Assembly: GCA_964537685.1 (NCBI GenBank)
Contig: CAZICM010000102.1
Coordinates: 1-19,771 of the forward strand
From: an uncultured Polyangiaceae bacterium
GTDB taxonomy: Bacteria; Myxococcota_A; Polyangia; Polyangiales; Polyangiaceae
Length of the DNA: 19,771 nt
Direction: 5' to 3'
Within the stretch, counting starts at the first letter, position 1, and the number at the start of each line of letters is the position of its first letter. Position numbers and translations under genes: made by a program. Below, piece by piece: positions 1 to 7,595 of the stretch. The notes below the pieces were generated by a model. That model saw nothing but the letters and a program-made list of their open reading frames with translations. It ran no database searches and was not told the DNA's origin.

Positions 1-1804
1 CCTCCCGCGTCCATGTATTGCCCTGATGCTTAAACGCCAATACATCAAAGCCCGCCGTCAATTGAATCCCGCCGTTTACCGCATAAGAACCGGGTACTAG
101 GATCTCATTCTGCCCATCCGCATCGATATCCGCAGGAATAAATTCGATATCACAAGGATGCTGAAGCAGTGCCGGAATAGCAATCGCATTTGCATCAAAA
201 CCTTGAAGCGTCCACAGATTCACCGACCATTCATGAACATTTTCAAATTGGCAGCTCACCAGATCCGGCATTCCATCGCCATTCACATCTGCTAAATGAG
301 ACGAAGCATTCGCCGAATTAAAATGCAGCGGAGGCGCCGAGCCTTGAGCATATATTCTCTTTGTATTGCTCTTCAGATATTGGGCCGGCTGCGCTCCATT
401 GGATGATATCAAAAAACCCCAATTCACATATTCGCCCCGAAGATCGTGCAACAATAGATCCATGCGGCCATCATGATTAAAATCGATCGGCGTCGCGCTC
501 TCGGGCGGCCCTGGCAAGTTCGTGATGGGATCGATCACATGCGGCTGTTCAAAGACAATCTGCGATGCATTAAAATAATTACCCTGCCCCTGATTCGGCA
601 ACAATCTCCATAGCGTCTTATCTTCTCCGGGCTCGAGCTGCGTATCTTGCTCCGATATTAAAAGATCATCCAGGCCATCCCCCGTCATATCCAGCGTCAT
701 CACGCTTCCAAGATCATTGCTCGGACCTGATAAACCCGTCATCAACTCGTCAAAACCTGTTCCCTGCCCATGATCATAAGAAAACTTTGTTGCGGGCTTG
801 CAGGCTTGATCCGAAGCGCATTCTTGAATGGACGAGAGCAGTATGCGCTGGGTATTCGGCGATGTCTGATATGAAAACCTATATTCTCGAACCAGTTTAT
901 CTTCAGGTCCCCGGGCTTCAATCTTCTTCAGTTTTAACGATCGTTTTATGATCATTCCCCGGGCATACAGCTCCCGGGGTGTCTGCGATTCATATTTGAA
1001 AACGAGAGCCCGCGACGCAGGTGCATCAGGATGATCCGTGTAATCGATTCGCTCAGGCCCAAACTCCAGCGTATGACCATCCACTGGATCGCGCTCATTC
1101 TTATAGCTATATAAAACCGCGTTCTCATTTCGATCCCGCTGCTTGGATATCAGCCATGAGCGAACTACGCCGTCGCGTGAAAACACTTTGCCGCTGTCTT
1201 CGCTGCCATATTCAAAGATCAGCCCCGACTTCGCATAGACCGTAAACGCTGCCGGCCCTTTTGCGTTTGAGCTCGCTATGATCTTCGAAAAAGAATCAGG
1301 AACCGTCCGGTATTCATTGGGCGCAACTTCCACCAAGCGCGCCCCGTCCATGCAAAACGCATCCCCCGTATCATCCCCAACCGCCTCAATCTCGCCATCG
1401 TCCGCTAGATTCTTGCCGCAGCGCGAAATCGCCGACAGTCCCCCCAGCGAAAACCCAAACCCCAAAAATCCGTCATCCGAGCCGCTTGAGTAGCGGACAG
1501 AAATGCCTGGCACCTGCCCAGCCCGCCCAGGAACCGCCTCGATCGCATACAAAAAATTTGCTTCGCCGGCGCTTGACACCGAGAACAAGAAGTGGTTGGC
1601 ACCTGCCTCCGCCGTTTCCCCATTCGGCAAATCAGAAAGTGGCCGCTCTTTATCAAAATCTGGACAGCCCCAATACAACCCGCCCGGTGGAAGCGGTGCA
1701 GGCGCCGCTGCAAATGGCGAAATCTTCGCGTCTCCGCACGCGCCCGCTACCAGCACCACAAAGAGCACACCTAGCAATCGAAGGGGCAGTCCTTGTTTGG
1801 GCAT
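1..1804 (-). CDS. SpvB/TcaC-N-terminal domain plus FG-GAP/VCBS repeat protein (N-terminal region of the Tc-toxin TcB / Rhs family), putative lipoprotein; the 3' end lies outside the window
   Basis: Absent from the ORF track because it has no stop in the window. Read on the reverse complement from the ATG at 1804-1802, the frame stays open to base 1 (601 codons). The N-terminus MPKQGLPLRLLGVLFVVLVAGAC is a signal peptide with a lipobox-like VAGAC. GISVRYSSGSDDGFLGFGFSLGGLSAISRCG fits the SpvB-domain core. Repeated D-x-GDG-x-x-DL motifs (LDMTGDGLDDLLI, IDFNHDGRMDLLL, LADVNGDGMPDLVS, ADIDADGQNEILV) are FG-GAP/VCBS-like. Confidence 0.75.
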   Translation of the reverse strand, partial: MPKQGLPLRLLGVLFVVLVAGACGDAKISPFAAAPAPLPPGGLYWGCPDFDKERPLSDLPNGETAEAGANHFLFSVSSAGEANFLYAIEAVPGRAGQVPGISVRYSSGSDDGFLGFGFSLGGLSAISRCGKNLADDGEIEAVGDDTGDAFCMDGARLVEVAPNEYRTVPDSFSKIIASSNAKGPAAFTVYAKSGLIFEYGSEDSGKVFSRDGVVRSWLISKQRDRNENAVLYSYKNERDPVDGHTLEFGPERIDYTDHPDAPASRALVFKYESQTPRELYARGMIIKRSLKLKKIEARGPEDKLVREYRFSYQTSPNTQRILLSSIQECASDQACKPATKFSYDHGQGTGFDELMTGLSGPSNDLGSVMTLDMTGDGLDDLLISEQDTQLEPGEDKTLWRLLPNQGQGNYFNASQIVFEQPHVIDPITNLPGPPESATPIDFNHDGRMDLLLHDLRGEYVNWGFLISSNGAQPAQYLKSNTKRIYAQGSAPPLHFNSANASSHLADVNGDGMPDLVSCQFENVHEWSVNLWTLQGFDANAIAIPALLQHPCDIEFIPADIDADGQNEILVPGSYAVNGGIQLTAGFDVLAFKHQGNTWTRE

Positions 1805-1968
1805 GAAAGATAAATATCAGCTTCCTTGTCCAAAATCTTGTTTCACCGCGCAGAAAGCCCTGGCACCCTTTTCCCAGAAGAGCCCGTCTCCCTCGTTTCC
1901 AGCACCTGGCAGGCCCAACTTGCGCGGAAGCCGTCAAAACAAAGCAATATAAGCGCGCCTTTTCGGCT

Positions 1969-2304
1969 GTCCATGGACAAGCCCAACAGAGCGCGCGGGA
2001 TGCGGACGATATCCATGGATGGCAAACGCAACCCGCACGGGACGAGCGTGCGGTCCATGGACGGCAAACGCAACCCGCGCGGGACGGGCGTGCGGTCCAT
2101 GGACGGCAAACGCAACCCGCCCGGGATGAGCGCGCTGTCCATGGACGGCGAATGGCATCGCGGCCGAATTGCATGCCCGGTGCACGAACAAAAAACCCGG
2201 CGCGCACGGGAAAAGGCAAGCGTCCATGGATGGCCAAGGCGACCCGCGCGGGCGGCGAACATAGCGCATGGACAGCAAACCTTGAACGCGCGGGGCGCGC
2301 AAAA
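1969..2304. repeat. About 8 head-to-tail copies of a 42-bp unit (best copy GTCCATGGACGGCAAACGCAACCCGCGCGGGACGGGCGTGCG), degenerating toward cas4
   Basis: Units start at 1969, 2011, 2053, 2095, 2137, 2179 (degenerate), 2221 and 2263 (degenerate), an exact 42-bp register. Each good unit carries the palindromes TCCATGGA and CCCGCGCGGG. The array lies in the divergent intergenic region between the SpvB-like gene (start 1804) and cas4 (start 2435). Confidence 0.9.
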
Positions 2305-2434
2305 AGATGGGCGATCCCTCCCCTTCTGCGCTCCCGCTTTTTTAAAAACCTGCTTTTCCCCGACAAAATCAACACGCTTCCAGCTTTTTTCCCTTGAGGC
2401 GCCCTCCCAACACCCGCCATAACACCCGCTCACC

Positions 2435-3097
2435 ATGGTGGATATGCCCCTCTCCCGCTTGAGCGAAGATGACGACCTCGTCCCCATCTCCGCCCTCCAA
2501 CATTTTTTGTTTTGCGAACGCCAAGCCGCCCTTATTCATATCGAGCGCGTTTGGAAGGAAGATACGGCCACCGCCGAAGGGCGCCTCCTGCATGAGCGCG
2601 CCGATATCCCAGGACGCGAAAATCGCCGCGGCACCCGTATCGAGCGTTCGCTGATGCTCCGTAGCCAAAAATTGATGCTCTATGGCGTGGCCGATACCGT
2701 CGAGTTTCCCGCCCGGGGTAAGGCCGGCCCTCCTTTTCCTGTCGAATATAAACGGGGCCGGGTAAAAGATTTATTGGCCGATCAGGTACAGCTTTGCGCG
2801 CAGGCTTTATGCCTTGAGGAAATGCTGGGCGTACCGGTGCCGGCGGGCGCTATTTTTTATGGTGAAAGCCATAAGCGCCTCGATGTACCTTTCGATGAAA
2901 GCCTTCGCGCCAAAACCCAGGAAAGCGCCCTGCGCATGCACGCGCTTATCCGCAAGGGCGAACTGCCCCAAGCGGTGTATGGCCCAAAATGCAAGCGATG
3001 TTCGCTTGAATCGCTATGCCTGCCCAGGGTTCCAGCCGATGCTCAACGGACACATCGCTATTTAGAGCGGCTATTGACCCAAGATATAGATGCCTAA
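2435..3097 (+). CDS. cas4: CRISPR-associated exonuclease Cas4 (RecB-like nuclease with Fe-S cluster), type I-C-like
   Basis: 220-aa ORF. It has an N-terminal Cys in ISALQHFLFCERQAALIHIE, the VEYKRG (EYK) nuclease motif, QLCAQALCLEEM, and a C-terminal C-x2-C-x5-C (CKRCSLESLC). It sits directly upstream of cas1-cas2. Confidence 0.9.
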   Translation: MVDMPLSRLSEDDDLVPISALQHFLFCERQAALIHIERVWKEDTATAEGRLLHERADIPGRENRRGTRIERSLMLRSQKLMLYGVADTVEFPARGKAGPPFPVEYKRGRVKDLLADQVQLCAQALCLEEMLGVPVPAGAIFYGESHKRLDVPFDESLRAKTQESALRMHALIRKGELPQAVYGPKCKRCSLESLCLPRVPADAQRTHRYLERLLTQDIDA

Positions 3098-3119
3098 TCC
3101 CGGAGGATCTTTATATTTT

Positions 3120-4151
3120 ATGAATCTTCAACTAAATACCCTATTCGTTACCTTGGATGGAGCCTATCTTCATAAAGATCATGCCACGCTGGTCGTCAAG
3201 CAGGAAGGCGAAACCAAGCTTCAGATTCCCATGGCCCATTTAGCATCGGTGGTATGCATGGGGCGCGTCGGCCTATCGCCGGAACTGATGGGCGCATTAA
3301 GCGAAGCGAACATCCATGTTGCCTTTTTCTCTGCGAATGGACGCTTTTTAGCCCGGGTGGAAGGCATGCCGGGCGGGAATGTGCTCTTACGGCGGAGTCA
3401 ATTCCGGGCGGCGGACAGCCGGGAGAAGAGTTTATCGCTGGCGCGATCGATGGTGATTGGGAAAGTGGCGAATACCCGTTCATTTTTAATGCATGCGCGG
3501 CGGGATGCGGGAGACGGCAAGAAGGGGGAGCTTAAGACCGCGTGTGAGCGGTTATCGATTCATTTAAGAGCGCTTGCATCGGCGGATAACCTAGAGACGG
3601 TACGGGGATTGGAAGGCATAGCGGCGAAGGATTATTTTGGGGTATTTGATCATTTAATTAAAAGGCCGGAGGCAGAATTCCGATTTGAAGGCCGGAGCCG
3701 GAGGCCGCCGCGGGATCGGATGAACGCGCTTTTATCGTTTGGCTATGCATTATTGATGCAAGACTGTGCGGGTGCGCTGATGGGGATGGGGCTGGATCCT
3801 GGGGTAGGATTTTTACATGAGGAGCGGCCTGGCCGATTATGTTTAGCGTTGGACATGATGGAGGAGCTACGGTGTGCGGTGGTGGATCGGCTGATGTTAT
3901 CGCTGGTGAACCGTGGGCAGCTTGCGGTGGAAGACTTTATGGAGGAGGCTTCGGGAGGATACCGATTAAAGGACGAAGCGCGCAAGAAGGTATTGGTAGC
4001 GTATCAAGAGAACAAGCAGCAAGAGGTGAGGCATATCTTTTTGGATCAGGCGACGGTATGGGGGCGGGTGCCGCATTTACAGGCGCAATTATTGGCGCGG
4101 GCGCTGCGTGAAGGCGGAGCAGGGGAGTACGCGCCATTTTCGATAAGATAG
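3120..4151 (+). CDS. cas1: CRISPR-associated endonuclease Cas1, type I-C (Cas1c) family
   Basis: MNLQLNTLFVT..., GRFLARVEG..GGNVLLRRSQ, NALLSFGYALL and GLDPGVGFLHE are Cas1c-like blocks. I prefer the ATG at 3120, which has GGAGGA at 3103-3108. The track start at 3090 overlaps the cas4 stop and adds 10 non-conserved residues. The stop at 4151 is secure. Confidence 0.93.
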   Translation: MNLQLNTLFVTLDGAYLHKDHATLVVKQEGETKLQIPMAHLASVVCMGRVGLSPELMGALSEANIHVAFFSANGRFLARVEGMPGGNVLLRRSQFRAADSREKSLSLARSMVIGKVANTRSFLMHARRDAGDGKKGELKTACERLSIHLRALASADNLETVRGLEGIAAKDYFGVFDHLIKRPEAEFRFEGRSRRPPRDRMNALLSFGYALLMQDCAGALMGMGLDPGVGFLHEERPGRLCLALDMMEELRCAVVDRLMLSLVNRGQLAVEDFMEEASGGYRLKDEARKKVLVAYQENKQQEVRHIFLDQATVWGRVPHLQAQLLARALREGGAGEYAPFSIR

Positions 4152-4164
4152 GAGGGAGGGAGCG

Positions 4165-4455
4165 ATGATGGTATTGATATGTTATGATGTAGCACAAGAC
4201 GACAAGGCCGGGGCGAAGCGACTGAGGCGGGTATCGGAAGCGTGTAAAGACTATGGGGTACGTGTACAGTATTCGGTATTTGAGTGCCGGATTGACGGAG
4301 TGATATGGGTCAATTTACGGAACCGGTTATTGAGCGAGATCGATTTGGGGAAGGACAGTTTGAGATTTTATTTTATCCGAGAGAACGACGCGGAGCGGAC
4401 AGAGCATCATGGGGTGAGAAAGCCAGTGGATCCGACGGGGGCGCTGGTGGTCTAG
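4165..4455 (+). CDS. cas2: CRISPR-associated endoribonuclease Cas2
   Basis: 96 aa. MMVLICYDV...RLRRVSEACKDYGVRVQYSVFEC...LRFYFI is a typical Cas2 ferredoxin-fold signature. GGAGGGAGGGAG lies upstream, and the gene is immediately followed by the leader and array. Confidence 0.92.
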   Translation: MMVLICYDVAQDDKAGAKRLRRVSEACKDYGVRVQYSVFECRIDGVIWVNLRNRLLSEIDLGKDSLRFYFIRENDAERTEHHGVRKPVDPTGALVV

Positions 4456-4655
4456 CGCGGATCGATGCGGACGCGGGAGAGCTGGGGGGTTCGCGCATAA
4501 TGCGGGGCGTGCGGGGATTTGGTTTTTTTTGGTTTTTTTGTTTGGGAGGAGAGCGGGATGGGAGTAGGATGGCGGGCGCCGCATTGCTCTTTGGTGGCCG
4601 GTTCGCGAAAAGCGGTTGTTTTTTCGAGGGATTTTGGGCACTTAGGGGGCGCGGC
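4456..4655 (+). promoter_or_regulatory. CRISPR leader (between cas2 and repeat 1) with a T-rich tract
   Basis: 200 bp of non-coding sequence next to the first repeat. A T-rich tract GGTTTTTTTTGGTTTTTTTGTTTGGG lies at about 4518-4546. The repeat orientation (3' end ATTGAAAC) implies plus-strand transcription from this side. Confidence 0.7.
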
Positions 4656-7056
4656 GTCGCTCTCTTCTTATGAAGAGGGCGTGGATTGAAACCTGTGCCC
4701 GACGAGCTCACCGGCCTTGTCGAGCAGGTCGCTCTCTTCTTATGAAGAGGGCGTGGATTGAAACTCGATCGCCGATGTTATCGCCGCGCGGATCGGCCTG
4801 TCGCTCTCTTCTTATGAAGAGGGCGTGGATTGAAACTAAAACGCCGCTGTACGTCTCTGCTGGCAGCGTGGTCGCTCTCTTCTTATGAAGAGGGCGTGGA
4901 TTGAAACTATTCGATCGTATGCGGCGACATGCTGCGCCTGCAGTCGCTCTCTTCTTATGAAGAGGGCGTGGATTGAAACGCGATGGTCGCTTCCGCTATG
5001 CGTGGGATCGAGGGTCGCTCTCTTCTTATGAAGAGGGCGTGGATTGAAACTCGAAGGCCGACACGGAGGAGCAGATCCGCGTGCGCGTCGCTCTCTTCTT
5101 ATGAAGAGGGCGTGGATTGAAACAATGACCAAAGGAAAGGAGACGGAGGTAGATGAAAGGTCGCTCTCTTCTTATGAAGAGGGCGTGGATTGAAACGTTG
5201 ATCCAATATCCCCCGCACACATAATCACGTCGCTCTCTTCTTATGAAGAGGGCGTGGATTGAAACTGTACCTTGCTTCTTTGGTATTCCTTGCCCCCAAT
5301 GTCGCTCTCTTCTTATGAAGAGGGCGTGGATTGAAACCTTCATCTTCGTCGCCTCCTCCTGCACTCGCCCAAGTCGCTCTCTTCTTATGAAGAGGGCGTG
5401 GATTGAAACAGCACTTGTTTGATATCCCATCCCGTGTCAATCACGTCGCTCTCTTCTTATGAAGAGGGCGTGGATTGAAACCTATCAATCGATAGCAATT
5501 CCGCGGGCAAAGGCTCGTCGCTCTCTTCTTATGAAGAGGGCGTGGATTGAAACACTTTATCTCCATTGTTTGAAGACATGGAGCATCAGTCGCTCTCTTC
5601 TTATGAAGAGGGCGTGGATTGAAACCACCAATCCGGGCGAGGACCCCAAACACTGTATCGTCGCTCTCTTCTTATGAAGAGGGCGTGGATTGAAACTGTT
5701 ATCAGTGACAAAAAGCCCTCAATATACACAAGTCGCTCTCTTCTTATGAAGAGGGCGTGGATTGAAACGCCGAGCCGCTGCGGCAGCCCGGCGGCTGGGC
5801 AAGTCGCTCTCTTCTTATGAAGAGGGCGTGGATTGAAACCGGGAACGCTCGCGCGTCTTGCTAGACAGCCTGTCGCTCTCTTCTTATGAAGAGGGCGTGG
5901 ATTGAAACCGACGGGATCTGCCTGATCTGCCTCATGTGCCTAGTCGCTCTCTTCTTATGAAGAGGGCGTGGATTGAAACGGGTCTTGCGCCCTAACTAGC
6001 ACGCGATACGTGAGTCGCTCTCTTCTTATGAAGAGGGCGTGGATTGAAACTGAGCTTCTTCCGCCGCTGCTTTGAGTTCTTCAAGTCGCTCTCTTCTTAT
6101 GAAGAGGGCGTGGATTGAAACGGATGCTCTGTCGCGCGCCTTGAATCATCTCAAAGTCGCTCTCTTCTTATGAAGAGGGCGTGGATTGAAACATCAACGA
6201 AAAGCTCATGACGCAGACCTTGTGCAATCGTCGCTCTCTTCTTATGAAGAGGGCGTGGATTGAAACGTAGATCGGGTGACATTTAGGCGACGCCCTGACC
6301 ACGTCGCTCTCTTCTTATGAAGAGGGCGTGGATTGAAACGCCGATATGGCGCGCAGTCCGCGCGTTGACCTTCGGTCGCTCTCTTCTTATGAAGAGGGCG
6401 TGGATTGAAACCATCGCTCACGGCGTCCCATCCCCAGCGCCCATCGGGGTCGCTCTCTTCTTATGAAGAGGGCGTGGATTGAAACCCGTCCGGACCGATA
6501 CCTCGCTTAAACCAGGTGAGGTCGCTCTCTTCTTATGAAGAGGGCGTGGATTGAAACGTGACTTCGCGCGGAGTCGCATTGCTTATCGAAGTCGCTCTCT
6601 TCTTATGAAGAGGGCGTGGATTGAAACCGGTGACGGTTACGGTTACGGTGCCGGTTACGGGTCGCTCTCTTCTTATGAAGAGGGCGTGGATTGAAACGAT
6701 TGGCGATAAACGGATGCAGGAGCCCCCACGATGTCGCTCTCTTCTTATGAAGAGGGCGTGGATTGAAACGATTGGCGATAAACGGATGCAGGAGCCCCCA
6801 CGATGTCGCTCTCTTCTTATGAAGAGGGCGTGGATTGAAACTTGGCTGCTGCGATGTATGCCATCAGGGCGAACGCGTCGCTCTCTTCTTATGAAGAGGG
6901 CGTGGATTGAAACAGCATCCGGCTTGCGTGGGAGAAAGAGGCTTGGGCGTCGCTCTCTTCTTATGAAGAGGGCGTGGATTGAAACATGAACGACCACATC
7001 GCTTTTCGGATCTCTTCGGGTCGCTCTCTTCTTATGAAGAGGGCGTGGATTGAAAC
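4656..7056 (+). CRISPR. CRISPR array with 34 identical 37-nt repeats GTCGCTCTCTTCTTATGAAGAGGGCGTGGATTGAAAC and 33 spacers of 32-37 nt
   Basis: Repeats start at 4656, 4728, 4800, 4871, 4943, 5014, 5087, 5160, 5229, 5301, 5373, 5445, 5517, 5589, 5660, 5732, 5803, 5872, 5943, 6014, 6085, 6156, 6230, 6303, 6375, 6449, 6521, 6591, 6661, 6733, 6805, 6877, 6949 and 7020. The termini GTCGC...GCGTGGATTGAAAC are those of classic type I-C repeats. The internal hairpin pairs GCUCUCUUC with GAAGAGGGC (9 bp including one G-U pair) around a UUAU loop. Confidence 0.99.
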
Positions 7057-7413
7057 TTATAACAGCGAGGATTCAACTCCGATGAATCCGCGCTGAACGA
7101 AACACACTGCAAATCACACGAAGGGGTCGCAGGAAAGGATGCCGAAGCCCCAGCGATCGCATTGATGGCTGATGAAGATGCAGGGATGCCAGCGCTGAAA
7201 AATCCCCGCCGAATGAGCCGCCATCGGAAAATAAGCAATACGCCATTCCCACCTCGGCGCCCATCCCTGCCCTAACCTCCCCGCTCCCGCCATCCTGTCA
7301 CCAAATGGTGTTGCAGGAAGGCGCATTGTCCGACTGATGCGTTTTGCAATTCGTGCTTCAATCTGTCCAAGCTCTGTGGCTTTGAGGGATACGGCGATTG
7401 CCAAGGTAGCCGA

Positions 7414-7437
7414 TCAACAACTCAACAGTTGCATTTG
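7414..7437. repeat. Copy 1 of the 24-bp motif TCAACAACTCAACAGTTGCATTTG (core palindrome CAACT-N4-AGTTG); candidate operator
   Basis: Identical over 24 nt to 13590-13613. It lies in the 540-bp non-coding stretch between the last CRISPR repeat and the gene starting at 7596. Confidence 0.85.
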
Positions 7438-7595
7438 TCTTGTTTTGTTTCGGCTGTTTTCCATCTCGATCTCCCTCCGAATCGATTGATTCTCGAGGCA
7501 CTTCAATTGCGCCGCAAAATCTGATAGCCACAAAAAAGCGGCCGATGTAATGAGACGCCGGCCGCACGGGAACCCTTTTTAGATAAGGCCACCCA

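Noticed and set aside
1021-2487. Multiple overlapping ORFs in all six frames (for example 1503-1952 on the plus strand, 1653-2420 on the minus strand, 1826-2422 on the plus strand)
   Set aside because: From 1021 to 1804 they lie antisense to or out of frame with the strongly supported SpvB/FG-GAP gene. From 1805 to 2434 they are open simply because the GC-rich 42-bp tandem repeat lacks stops. They use TTG/GTG starts, have no RBS, and give implausible basic low-complexity peptides. A coding role for the repeat is kept only as a remote alternative (see the findings).
4504-4522. The leader segment GGGCGTG-CGGG-GATTTGG resembles the repeat core GGGCGTGGATTGAAAC
   Set aside because: Matching needs a 4-nt indel and only about 11 nt agree. 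This is too weak to call a degenerate leader-proximal repeat without statistics or comparative data.
4670-6997. Many 70-150-aa ORFs on both strands with repeated peptides (LLMKRAWIET, SIHALFIRRER, FNPRPLHKKRAT)
   Set aside because: They are translations of the CRISPR repeat in different frames and are not genes.
7057-7595. Small minus-strand ORFs (7032-7238, 7114-7404, 7358-7567) and a GCGGCCG-N14-CGGCCGC hairpin (7538-7565) followed by a T-run on the minus strand
   Set aside because: The ORFs overlap each other and the last CRISPR repeat, and they lack RBSs and recognisable motifs. The hairpin has a 14-nt loop. On the minus strand it would terminate a transcript antisense to the 7596 gene start, for which nothing argues. 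On the plus strand no T-tract follows the stem directly. I treat the region as non-coding trailer or 5' UTR apart from the 24-bp motif.
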